Part shown: piece by piece, positions 10,712 to 23,132 of the stretch
Layout of the letters: each line of letters begins with the position of its first letter
Position numbering within the stretch: position 1 is the stretch's first letter
Notes under the pieces: generated by a model
Databases searched by the model: none
What the model was told of the DNA's origin: nothing
Seen by the model: only the letters and a program-made list of their open reading frames with translations
Made by a program: the position numbers and the translations under genes
NCBI GenBank assembly: GCA_043228905.1
Contig: JBHGNT010000183.1
Coordinates: 1 to 58,584, forward strand
From: Azolla caroliniana
Taxonomy: Eukaryota > Plantae > Polypodiophyta
Direction of reading: 5' to 3'
Length of the DNA stretch: 58,584 nt

Positions 10712-11177
10712 TGTCATAGACAGGATGCCACATGGAATGTTGGGGGTTGAACCCATGACCTTATGGTCTTATTAGGCAACCTTACCAATTGAGCTACATC
10801 CACCTATGCATTATTGTATTGTGTAAGACTCAACTTATTTCATTATAGATTGATCACTAGAACTTTCAATAACCTTCTACAGAATGCATCTTCATGCACT
10901 CTCTAGAAGTATTCTAGCTTTCATGCATACCTCCACATTCTTGTATAAATACTGGAGTGCACCTTGATTACAATCAAGGTGAACAACACCAGTTACGAAA
11001 ACATATACAGTTCTTGTTTATTTTTCTATCCTCTCTCTTGCTTGTTCTTTTGTCTATGCTCTCTCTCCGACTATCTCTTAATATTGAGCCTCGTCTACTT
11101 GTCCTTGACAATCTTGTGATCTTGCTTATGCTCTTGCTCTCTCTTAGTACTTATCCTCATTCCACCCGTTCGTGACA
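10712..11177 (+). repeat. 3' LTR of the Tcn1-like chromovirus (466 bp)
   Basis: Follows purine tract AGGAGGCAGCGGAGGATAA; TGTCA...TGACA ends; TATAAATA at 10944-10951; copia gag resumes at 11178. Confidence 0.8.
10733..10803 (-). other. tRNA-derived sequence in the U3 region of the chromovirus LTR (not a functional tRNA)
   Basis: Minus strand GTGGATGTAGCTCAATTGGTAAG...GGTCATGGGTTCAACCCCCAACATTCCA: A box, B box, T-stem (4 of 5 pairs) and acceptor stem (5 of 7 pairs); anticodon arm degenerate. Confidence 0.7.
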
Positions 11178-14100
11178 TGGTGCTTCATCAACATGATCCT
11201 GTACCACAACTTCAATGAAGAAAGTAAGGCTCATGAAGTCTGGGAGAAGATCGACATCATGTTCCACAACAAAAATGTCGTTAATCAAGACGGCTCCGGT
11301 ACCAAGACGGCTCCAGTATCGCGGAGCACATGAATGCCTTCCAGGGACTAATACACCAAGCCACCTCATTGGAAGTACCTCTCGCGGATGAGGTACCACT
11401 CCCATTGCTCCTGCTCGGTTCCCTCCTGGATAGTTGGGAGATGTTAGTTGTCATGTTGGGCAAAGCCGGCCCGGAAGGAAAGCAGTTGTCCCTAGCAAGG
11501 GTAAAATCAAGCTTGGTAGATGAAGAAGCTCGCCGAAAGGACTGGGAGTCCAGAACCAATCCAAAGGCCTTGGTTACGGAAGATAACCACAACCGGGGAA
11601 GAGGCCGTTGTCGGAGTCCCCAAAACTGGGACAAATCGGGGACGAGGTCGAAGTCAAGGGGGAGGCCTACTTGCTTCTACTCTAGGAAGCCGAGGCACTT
11701 CTAGAAGAACTATCGGCATTTCCGGAAAGAGAAAGGAACCGACAATGCCGATTCGAAGAAGGGATCAGACCAGAACGGTTCGAACCAGAAAGGGTCGGAT
11801 TAGAAGGGAACGTCGGCAATCGCGAAAAGTAAAGAAGAATTGATGCTCATTACCAAGGAGAATGAGTTAAACCTTTTCGGCAATGAGACAACGTGGGTTG
11901 TCGATTCCGGAGCGTCGTTCCACCTGACACCGGACCGAAGGTGCTTCTCATCCTACACAGTCGGAGATCACGGTTGTGTCTGAATGGGGAATGAAGGGAC
12001 CTGCCGAATCATTGGCATAGGAGATGTGTTGTTGACTACATCAACCAGATGCAAGTTCCTGCTGAAAGAAGTCTGACACGTTCCGGAGGTTCGGTTGAAC
12101 CTAATATCAGCAGGTTGAGTCATGAAATTAAGCAAAGGAAGCTTGATCGTGTCTTGAGCCCACAAGATCAACACGTTGTACCTAATGCATGCCCGGATAT
12201 GCCAGGATGAAATGAACGTAGTGTTGAGAAATAGTTGCGGAATTAGATCACAATAAACGAACTATGCACTGACATACGAATTACAGAGAATACATAGAAA
12301 ATGCCAGAAAGACAAGATAAACATATGTACACGGAGATTTACGTGGAAACCCTAAAACAGGGAAAAAACCACGGGAACAGAACTTCACTATATAAATAGT
12401 GGATATACACCAGAGATGATTACAACACTCTGTCAAGTGTATCAGCCACACATGGCTCTGTGTATGTTGTTACAAACATAGCTATGGTGCGGCTCACACA
12501 CTCTCTCTCTGTCTCACACTCTCACTCGTTCTCTCCTGTACACTACAACTTCTATTTCTGTTCTACACACACATAATGTTTGCCCTAGTTGTATATATAC
12601 TTACACAACTTTCTGGCTATTTACATACGTAGCCCTCATGGGGTGCACACTTAGACTATTTACAGGTATAGTCACCCGAGTTGGCTATTTACACGATTCT
12701 GGTTTTGGCCTCGGCCTATTGGCTTTGGCCGAGTCAGTCATCAACTCGGCTCCTCTCTCTTTCTCATCTGGAGGGACTTGTTTCCACACATCATCATAAT
12801 AGTCGAATCTTCAAACAATCGACTCACTGTTTTCGACTCTTTGATTGTCGGCTTTCTGACCAGTCGGTTCTACTTCCCACTGGAGGGACATATTCCCAAC
12901 ACGTAGAATCCGACACTGCCGGTGAGCCGTGGCACAAGAGACTGTGTCATATGAGCCAGAAGGGGATTAGAAGACTTGCTGAAGACAACCTCATTTCGGA
13001 GTTGAAAGGCGTGCATCTTGAGAAGTGCATCGATTGCTTGGCCGGCAAGCTAAACCGAACCGCCTTCCGGTCAAGACCACCGATGAGACAGAATGCACCA
13101 CTGGAGCTGGTGCATACCAATGTGTGTCAAGTGGACACGAAGTCACATGCCAGATCGCAGTACTTCGTGACGTTCATAGAAGACCACAGCCGGAAGTTGT
13201 GGGTCTCACCGCTAAAGAGAAAGGATCGGGTGCTATCCGTCTTCAAGGAGCTCCACGCAAGAGTGGAAAGAGAAACCGACCGGAAGCTGAAGGCGGTTCA
13301 AGCAGATAACGGAGGAGAATACCGGAGGCTTCCAGGAGTACTGCCAGTTGAAGGGAATCCGGCTCGAATTCACCATGCCGAAGACACCGGAATTGAACGG
13401 GCTGGTCGAACGGATGAGCCAGACCGTGATGGAGAGAGTCTGGGGCATGCGGGGAAATGCAAAGTTACCCAAGAAGTTTTGGGCTGAGGCGCTGATGACG
13501 GAGACGTATGTGAATCACCATTGGAAGGAGACTCACCGCAGAAAGTATGGACCGGTAAAGATGTATCTTACAGGCATCTGAAGGTGTTTGGGTGTCTCAC
13601 CTATGTGCATGTTGCAAAGGACAAGAGAGCAAAGCTGGATCCAAAGTCTAGGCCATGCATATTCCTTGGATATGACGATGATGAGTTCGGTTACTGGGTG
13701 TGGGATCTGGTTGACAAGAAGGTGTTCCAGAGTCAGGACATAGTCTTCATCGAAGACAGGACCATTGCCGACTTGGAGTCGGAGAAGAAGGTGATGAACT
13801 CCGGATCATCCAATGAAAAGCAGCTTGAGGACACAAGGACTTACCCGGTTGAAAACCGGATGTTAGCCGGCAACCGGATGACACTCGACGAACCGGCCGG
13901 ATTCGGATAAGAAATTGAACCGACCAAAGAAGAAGAAGACACCGGAACCAGACAAGATCCCGAATCGGATTCGGATGAAGAACAAACAGAGGAACCGGTA
14001 GTCAGAAACGAAGGACGAAGATACCCTCTCTGAGAGAAAAGAGCCCGCCGGAGATTTCCAGATGCAGAGCATGTATTGCTGACTGAGGAGGGGGAGCCGG

Positions 14101-15930
14101 AAAGCTTCAAAGAAACAAAGAAAGACACCCACAACCGCAAGTGGTTAAGTGCCATGCAGGACGAGATAGATTCCATGCATGAGAACCGCACATACGAACT
14201 GACAGAGTTGCCAAAAGGAAAGAGGGCACTCCGGAACAAGTGGGTGTACAAGCTAAAACCGGAGACACAGAATATCCACCAAGGTACAAAGCCCGGATCG
14301 TGGTGAAGGGGTTACTGGAGAAGAAAGGAGTGGATTTCGATGAGATCTTCACCCCGGCAATAAAGATGACATCCATTTGGATGGTATTGAGCATAGCGGC
14401 AAGCATGGATCTCAAGGTAGAGCAACTGGACGTCAAGGTGGCATTCCTACACGGTGACCTCGAAGAAGAGATCTACATGCATCAACCGGAAGGATTTGAG
14501 AGGAAAGGGAAGGACCACCTGGTATGCCGGCTAAAGAAGAGCTTATACGAATTGAAGCATGTCCCCTGGCAATGGTACCGGAAGTTTTACTCCTTCACGA
14601 CGGATCAAGGGTACCACAAGACGCAAGCCGATCACTGCGTATTTGTGAAGAAATTTGACGGAGGAGATTTCCTGATATTGATCCTATACGTGGACGACAT
14701 GTTGATCGTTGCACGAGACCAAGTCAATATACGAATGTTGAAGAAGGATCTAAAGAAGGATATGAGCCCGAAGACAAAGGCAGAGAACTCGGATATGACG
14801 AAGATAGCATATGCCTCTGCCATTAGAAGCTTAATGTACGCAATGGTGTGCACCCGACTGGATATTGCATATGTTGTCGAAGTAGTCAGCCGGTTCATGA
14901 GCAATCTGGGGAGAGAGCACTAGAACGAGGTCAAGTGGTATCTGAAAGGCACCTGGAGTACGTGCCTCTAGTTTGGCTCCGGTAAACCCCAACTTGATGG
15001 ATTCACGGATTCGGATATGTCGGTTGATGCGGATACCAGCTCGTCTACATGCGGATATGTCATGACTTATGCAGGGGGAGTCGTATCATGGTAGTCAAGG
15101 CTGCAGAAGTCCGTTGCATTGTCGACAACGGAAGCAGAGTACATGGCAGTTGTGGAAGCCGGCAAGGAAGTAATTTGGATGACGGACTTCATCGGAGAGC
15201 TAGGGATCTGACAAGAGGAATACCAGCTCTATTGCAATAGTCAAAGTGCCATCCACCTTGCGAAGAATGCAGCCTACCATTCCCAGACCAAGCACATCCA
15301 ACGCAGGTACCACTGGATCCGGGAGAGACTAGAGGACAAAGACTTCGTGGTGATGAAGGTTTACACAGAGGACAACGGGTCGAACATGCTGACCAAGGTG
15401 TTGACAACTGACAAGCTAGACGCGTGCCGAAGGCGGATCGGGCTAATGAGACATCCCATGCCAGAGTGAAGAGGGAGATTGTTGGGATTTTGGTCCCTCC
15501 AAATGGGATCCGGAAATCGGATCGGATGGACCTGGTGAGAACCGGAGGATGGACCACATTTGTAAATATGTTAGAGTAAGCCCACTGAGGCTATATTTGT
15601 AAATAGCCCTAAGGTCATATGAGTATAAATATGACTTAGGGCAATCACAGAATGTTGTTATTATTGTTGTAGAGAGAGAGAGAGTGAGAGAGTAGCTATG
15701 AGCACTTTCTGTTGTAACCGATGTCTGGCGAGGATCGCGAGCACGAGGTCGTAGCCTCTGCGTTTCCACTTTGTATTTCCTGTCATATAGTGATAGTTGG
15801 AGTCTGTGGGTTCCCGTGGTTTTTTCTTGTTTAGGGTTTTCCACGTAAACATCCTGTGTCATCTTGGTTTTAGTCTATTCTCTTCTATTCCTTGTTGAAG
15901 ACTCGGATGTGGCCAAGTGTTATTTCTGCA
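11178..15930 (+). mobile_element. Copia family D, degenerate (gag to 3' LTR), interrupted by a solo LTR
   Basis: gag (AHEVWEKI, EEARR), PR, IN, RT and RH fragments with stops and deletions; PPT near 15466-15477; LTR from 15480 (TGTTGGGA). Confidence 0.9.
12222..12901 (-). mobile_element. Solo LTR (680 bp), related to copia family C
   Basis: TGTTGAGAA...TTCCCAACA flanked by TSD CGTAG (12217-12221, 12902-12906); shares the end CCCACTGGAGGGACATAT with LTR 21966-22581. Confidence 0.93.
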
Positions 15931-15934
15931 TGAA

Positions 15935-18914
15935 TGTGAGCCTCAAAGGCAACGACGTTGAGCTCTATGTCTTCGCCAACCGGCGGTTACAACAGAAACA
16001 AGTTCTGTGTGTGTGTCTCTCTCTCTCTCTTTGTACAACAAAAATGATAATAACCTTAAAATCTCTACCAAAGTGATTGCCCTAAGCTATATCTATACTT
16101 TTATGACTTTAGGACTATTTACAAATATGGCCATCATAGGCACACTAGTAACATATTTATAGATATGTCCCTGAATCCGGTTCACACCGGATCCAGCCAA
16201 TCCGGTTCCATCCTTCATACCATCTGATCCGGCTCATCCGGATCCCATCCGTAGGGACCGAATTCCCAACAAGCTCCCCCTTCACTCTAGCATGGGATGT
16301 CTTGTCAATCCGATCCGTCTCCTACACTCGTCTAGCTTGTCGGCTGACATCACCTTGGTCAGTATGTCTGACCCGTTCTCCTTTGTATGGATCTTCGTCA
16401 TCAAGGACTCTTAATCTTCTACCTTCTCCCAGAGCCAGTGATATCTTCTCTGGATGTGCTTGGTCCGGGAATGGTGGGCCATGTTCTTCACGAGGTGGAT
16501 GACACTTTGATTGTCGTAGTAGAGCCAAAATTCCCCCTGCCGGATGCCTAGCTCTGCGATGAATTCCTTCATCCAAATTACCTCTTTACCGGCTTCTACA
16601 ACCACCATGTACTCCGCTTCTGTTGTCGATAGTGCATTAGACTTCTGCAGCCTCGATTGCCATGATACGACTCTCCCTGCATATGTCATGACATATCCGA
16701 ATGTAGACCGGCTGGTATCTGCATCAACCGACATATCCAAATCCGTGAATCCTTCAAGTTGGGGTTTTCTTGAGCCAAATCGGAGGCATATACTCAAAGT
16801 GCCTGGTGAGACCCACAGCTTCCGGTTGTGGTCATCTATGAACATCACGAAGTAGTGTGATCCAGCATGTGACTTCGTGTCCACTTGACACACATCGGTA
16901 TGCACCAGCTCCAATGGTGCATTCCGTCTCATCGGTGTTCTTAACCGGAAGGAGGTTCGGTTTTGCTTGCCGGTCAAGCAATCGGTGCACTTCTCAAGTT
17001 GCACGTCCTTCACCGGAATGAGATTGTCTTCAGCAAGTCTCTTTATCCCCTTCTAACTCATGTGATACAATTTCTTGTGCCACAGCTCACTGGCAATGTA
17101 AGATGCAACGTTCACTTCTTCCCGACATATCTGGGCATGCATCAAGTATAGTGTGTTGACCTTCCGGGCTCGAGCCACTATTACGCTCCCTTTGCTGAAC
17201 TTCATAACTCTATTCCAGATGCTACTCGTGTAGCCTTCATCATCTAACCGACCGGCTGATATCAGGTTCAGTCGAACCTCTGGAACGTGTTAGACATCCT
17301 TCAGCAGCAACTTGCATCCAGTTGATGTCGTCAACAACACATCTCCTATGCGGACAATTCGGCATGTACCTTCATTCCCCATCTGGACACAACCATGATC
17401 ACCGGTTGTGTAGGATGAGAAGCATTTCCAATCTGGTGCCAGGTGGAACGACGCTCCGGAATCGACAACCCACGTTCTCTCGTCACCAACAAGGTTTAAC
17501 TCATTCTCTTTTGTAATGAGCATCAGTTCTTCTTCACTTGTCGCGATTGCTGACGTTCCCTTCCAATCCAGGCCTCTCCAGTTTGAACCATTTCGGTCCG
17601 AACTCTTCTTTGAATCGGTAGTTCCGGTTTCTTTCTCTTTTCGGAAATGCCGACAGTTCTTCTGGAAGTGCCCTGGCTTCCCACAGTAGAAGCAAGTAGG
17701 CCTCCCCCTTGACTTCGACCTCGTCCCTGATTTGTCCCAGTTCTGGGGACTCCGATATTGGCCTCTTCCCCGGTTGTGGTCATCTTCCGTGACTAATGCC
17801 TTTGGATCGGTTCCGGCGAGCTTCTTCATCGAGCAAGCTTGATTTTACCCATGCTAGGGACAATTGTTTTCCTTCCAGCCCGGCATTGCCCAACGTGACA
17901 ACTAGCGTCTCCCAGCTATCCAGGAGAGAACCGAGCAGGAGTAATGCGAGTACCTCATCGATGAGAGGTACTTCCAAGGAGGTGGTTTGATGTATCAGCC
18001 CCTAGAAGGCATTCATGTGCTCCGGCATACTGGAGCCTTCCTGGTACCAGAGCCTCACTAGCTTCCAGAATACCGAAACCCGATTAACGGCATTCTTGTT
18101 CTGGAACATGATACCGATCTTCTCCCAGAGTTCATGAGTCTTGCTCTCTGCATTGAAGATGTTGTACAGGCTCATGTCGATGAAGCACTAGATATATGAT
18201 GTAGTCTTCATGTGCATCACCTCCCACACCGTGGCGTCGATCTTGTCCGGTCTCTTGTCCCCAAACTGAACCAGCAACCAAAGATCTTAAACCACCAGCA
18301 TATCCCTCATCTTCGACTTCCACACTGAGTAGTTGGAGCCAGTGAGCTTGAACTGCCACCGAATGATTCTTCCATTTCCTGTGTTGTTCACTCTGATACC
18401 AAATTGAAGAGAATAGCAAAGAATATTCCTCGGCTACAACCGAGTTTTGAATCATAGAAATGGGAATGAAAACACAGAAACAGGAAGTATAGACTACACA
18501 GAATGTTTACGTGGAAAACCCTAATGGGAAAAACCATGGGAGCCCACAAACTCCATGCTATCACTATATATAGGAAAGATACAAACAGAGACTTGGAGGC
18601 AACAACCTCAAGCTCTGTATCTTCGCCAACCGGCGGTTACTACAGAGTATAACTCTGTATCTCCTCTTTCTATACAACAGTTATCACTACAACAATATGA
18701 CAACCGTCTCACATCTCTTGCGAAGTGATTGCCCTAAGCCATATTTATACTTATATGAACTTAAGGCTATTTACAAATATAGCCTCAATAGGCTTACTCA
18801 AAACATATTTACAAATATGTCTTCACTTCCTGTTCTCACCAGGTCCATCCGATTCGGTTTCTAGATCTCCTCATTCATAACCGGATCCCATCCAGAGGAA
18901 CCGATTTCCCAACA
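15935..18914 (-). mobile_element. Copia family D, internally deleted and probably chimeric
   Basis: 5' LTR 18405-18914; PBS 18391-18401; gag-PR-partial IN fused to RNase H near 16805 (KLWVSP/GTLSICLRFG); PPT 16272-16285; truncated 3' LTR to 16271. Confidence 0.88.
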
Positions 18915-21900
18915 ATTCTCTGGAACCTATGTTGCACCATGAAGGACTCCAACTTCTTGTACCATTGGTGTGTAGCTTGTTTCAACCCATACAAGATTTT
19001 CTTCAGTCGACACACCAGGTTCTCTTTCACTTTCTCCTCAAAAACTTCGGGCTACTGCATGTAAATCTCTTCATCCAGCTCCCCGTGCAAGAATGTTGTC
19101 TTGACATCCAACTGTTCGATCTCCAGATCCATACTGGCAGCTATGCTCAAAACTGTTCTAATGGATGTCATCTTCACGATTGGAGCAAATATTTCATCGA
19201 AGTCGACACCCTTTTTCTATTGGAACCCCTTTTTCTTTTAGTGCTCTCTTACCTTTCGTCAGTTCTACTAGGTCGTAAGTATAATTCTCGTGCACAAAAT
19301 CCATCTCATCTTGCATCGTGCTCAGCCATTTCTCTCTGTGCTTGTCGGCAATGGCTTCATCATAGCACTCTGGCTCACCTTCATTAGTCAAGAGGATGTA
19401 TTGACTAGCATATGTTGTCGGTGCTCTCCTTTCTCTGAGTGGGTATCTCCTTCCACTCATTGTCGGCTTCAGTTCGGATGTCTCTGCCGATTCTACTCTT
19501 GGCTCAGGTTCACGTATGTCGATCGGCTTCTCAAGGTTGGACGACTCCAACTCGTATTCCTTGATCGATCTTAACAGCTCTACCAACTTAAACTCACAGT
19601 CAGTCAGTCTCTCCGAGACAACCGACTCAGATTCGGTTGTGCCGACTGGTTGTCTCCGAACAGCTGGCTATGTCAGTTCACTAGGCCTCAAGTCGATAGT
19701 AGTGGAGGTTGACTGGTTAGTCAATTCCGAGTTCTGTTGGTTCCAGTCCTCTATGGTCTTGTCTTCCAAGAAGACTACATCCTCACTCCTCACTACCTTC
19801 TTGTCGATTAGGACCCATAGCCTATAGCCAAACTCATCTTCTGAGTATCCCATGAATATGCATGGTTTCGACTTACTATCCCAAAAAGGGTGTGGACAGG
19901 AAAGGATGTCTCCTACCGACACCTAAGGGTGTTCGGATGATCCTTAGCTACATGCTTGTACATTAGGCATCGGAACACCCTCCGGTGTCAGTAGGAGACA
20001 TCCTTTCCTATCCACACCCTTTGTGGGACATCACCTTTCAAGGGTATTGAGGGGGACCAGTTGATCAGATAAACAGTCGTGTACATTGCCTCAGTCCAAT
20101 ATATTTTTTGGCAGTTTAGCATGCGACAGCATGCTCCTTACTCTCTCCATGATTGTTCAGTTCATCCTCTCTGCAAGCCCGTTGAACTCAGGGGTCTTCG
20201 GTACTATGTATTCAATTTGAATACCTTGGGCCTTGCAGTATTCCTCGAACTGCACTTTATATTCGCCATCATTGTCAGTTCAGACAACCTTCAACTTCCG
20301 ACCTAACTCCCGTTCAGCTCTTGTCTGGAACTCCTTGAAAAATGATAGTAGTTGTTGATCTTTTGACTTTAGTATGAAAGCCCACAACTTTCGACTATAG
20401 TCATCGATGAAAGTCACAAAGTACTATCTGCCTTGATGCGACGAAGCATCTACATAACACACATCTGTGTGTACCAGTTCCAGTGCAGCTTCTCTTCTTC
20501 TTGGTGTCCGTGTGTGGAATGTTGCTCTGTTCTACTTTTTGACTAAGCAGTCGGCGCACTTCTCCAGGTGCACTCCCTTTACTTCTGGTAGGAGCTTCTA
20601 GTCGGCCAACATATGCAGTCCCTTCTCACTCATGTGGCCTAGTCTCTTATGCCATATCTGTCCTGCCGAGTCGGTTGCCACATTCACTTCCGACTCAATG
20701 CACAATTGGGCTTGCATCATGTACAATGTGCCTTCCTTCTGTGCTCAAGCCACTCTAAGATTTCCACAGCAAAACTTCCACTTGCCATTCTGAAAACTAC
20801 CATTGTAGCCTTTGTCATCCAGTCTTCTAGTCGATAATAGATTCAATCTAATATTGGGGACGTGTCGAACATCCTTCAGAGTCAGTTGACACCTTGTCGA
20901 CGTTGTCAGACAGACACTTCAAATTCCGACTATCTTGCACTCCTCACTATCACCCATCTTTACATAACCATGATCATTGGCTATGTACGTCGAGAAATAC
21001 TCTCTCGACGGAGTTATGTGAAAGGATGCACCGGAGTCGATAACCCAAGTGCATTCTTCGCTTGCAAGATTTGCACTTGTCTGTTCACAAATGAACAAAA
21101 GTTCTTCATTTCTCGTAGCAATGGCTGAAGTGTACTTTTCTTAAGGAATCTTCCTGGGTTCAACATTATTACCGACACTCTTTTCCCTTTTAAGGTGTCG
21201 GCAGTCCTTCTGGAAATTTCCAAGCTTTCAACAGTAAAAGCACACGAGCTTTCCTCTAGACTTTGACCTGGGTTGAGACTTTTCTCTCCTTGGTGGACTT
21301 CTTTGTCGATTCCTTCATCTGCCGATGTGTTGAGTCAAATTTGACTCCGACTAGATTAGGACCCCCTTGTCCTTCTCGCTTCCTCATTCAAGATGCTTGT
21401 CTTCACCGCTTGTAAAGACAAGTTCTCTTCTTGACAAGAGGTGCTGAGAGTAACCACCAGGTTCTCCCAACTATCCGGTAGTGTGCACATTTGCGGGATG
21501 GCTTGCATAGCTTCATCAAGGCGGAACTTGGTTGCAACAAGTTGATTTACATACCCCATGAATGTGTTGATGTGTTGGACGATGCTCTCACCGTCTCTGT
21601 ATTTCAGTTGTACGATCTTTCTCATCAGTGAGGTTTTATTGAGGGCGTTATTCCTCTCGTATAGACCTGACAGCTTCTGCCACATCTCGTGGGCATTTGC
21701 GTCGTTCGCCACATGCTAAAGGACATTTACATCAATGCACTGTCGGATGGTGGCCACCACCTTTCTGTTAAGAAGTTTCCATTCTGACTTTAATACCCCC
21801 GTGGGTATTTCTGCTCTATCAATCGGTTCGTACAGGTCTTTGACTATGAGAAGGTCCTCCATCTTTATCTTCCAGTCTGCATAGTTCTGAGAGTTTAGTA

Positions 21901-22581
21901 CTGTCATTCCTGGGAAGCCACTCACACCTCCTTCCATGCTTGCACCTCAAGCTTTGATACCAGTTTGTCGAGGAAGGAATCGTCAATCCACTAGAAAAGG
22001 AATATGTTGAAATACACAACTCTGATGCATAAAAAATAGTGTACACAAATTTAATGTGCAAACCCTAAAGTGGGTGAAAACCACGGAGAATGGAGCTTCA
22101 CTATACAATCGATATACAACAACGAGATCAGAGTACAACACTCTCTACACAGAGTGTAAACAGCCTCGAAAGGACTCTTGGCGTATGTTGTTCTGATCAC
22201 AGTTATGGCGTTGCTAACTCACTCACGCTCTCTCACCCTCTTTTCTCTTCTCTCTCACGCTGCACAACAGAGGCTCACACACACACACCTATACATGTTC
22301 TATTTGCCCTATGTGTATTTATACTAATACACAGAATGGTCTATTTACAATGATGGCCATTATTATTATACAATAATAAAAATAGTAGTCTTACTAATCA
22401 GCCGACTCATTCTTCGACTGTCGGGTCAATCCGACTAGTCGGCCTGGTCATCGACCATCCGGTTGGCCTGACTAGCTGGTCGTGTCTTGAACCTCGATCA
22501 ACTGTCTCTGAGTCGACTCCTCAACCGTCGGCTATCATCCGATCAGTCGACTCCTCCCACTGGAGGGACATATTTGTAACA
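18915..22581 (-). mobile_element. Copia family C, 5' LTR through part of RT, degenerate
   Basis: LTR 21966-22581; PBS 21951-21962; gag MEGGVSGFPGMTVLNSQNYADW; WVIDSGAS; integrase; RT to WYKKLESFM, where the family D element inserted. Confidence 0.88.
19879..20028. repeat. 61-bp inverted duplication (fold-back) inside a copia integrase
   Basis: Arms 19879-19939 and 19968-20028 are reverse complements with about 6 mismatches; 28-nt loop. Confidence 0.9.
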
Positions 22582-23132
22582 GTACAACACTCTACTCACT
22601 GCTTGTTCCCATACCGGGAAGTTCTTGTGTAGTGCTACTTCACTCACTCCTTCTACATAACTCCAATAGTTGTGTCCCAGCAAGTACTGGTGCATCTTGT
22701 ACGACCAAGATGCGTAGTTGCTCCAGTCAAGCTTTTCTGTAGGAAGCGAGTTTGTCATGCTTTTGTCCATATCTTTAGAACTCCTTTCTTTTTGTTTTTT
22801 AATAGAAGATAGGTTTTGGTCTATCTAAGCACTTTGTGTCAACATCAAAGGATTCTAAACCCTCGCGCTCTGATACCATGTGAAGAGTTACATGTGGAAG
22901 CTTAACTGAGCTTTGATACTAACTCCTAAAAATATGTCTATCTACTAGGTTAGGATCGTAGGCCTCCAACGTCCTACCGGTTCGCATTGTTCCGGATACT
23001 GATTCAGCTCCCTATTCCGGACATTGATCCCGCTCTTGGTTCCGGATGCCGATCCGGCTCTTCATTCCGGATTACAATACGGCTCTGGCTTATTCAACCG
23101 ATTCGGATCATGTTGAGCTTGTCCGCTCAACA
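22582..23132 (-). mobile_element. Copia family B remnant (gag start, PBS, rearranged LTR)
   Basis: TEKLDWSNYASWSYKMHQYL; PBS 22864-22878; LTR end TGTTGAGCTTGTCCGCTCAACA at 23132. Confidence 0.8.

Larger units (their letters stand above)
9487..11177 (+). mobile_element. Tcn1-like chromovirus 3' portion: integrase, chromodomain, PPT, 3' LTR
   Basis: YWWP, SMDFITDLP, VDRFTKMAHF, SDRGPQF, YHPQTDGQTER, KLDYKKLGPF, VFHVSLLEP, chromodomain EEYEVDQILDS...QYLVLWKAY...ATW; frameshifted. Confidence 0.9.

Noticed and set aside
10733-10803. Functional tRNA gene
   Set aside because: The anticodon arm cannot be folded and the terminal acceptor pairs mismatch; treated as tRNA-derived.
22975-23110. Short spaced TTCCGGA repeats as a CRISPR-like array
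   Set aside because: Eukaryotic LTR U3 subrepeats with similar, non-unique spacers; no cas genes.
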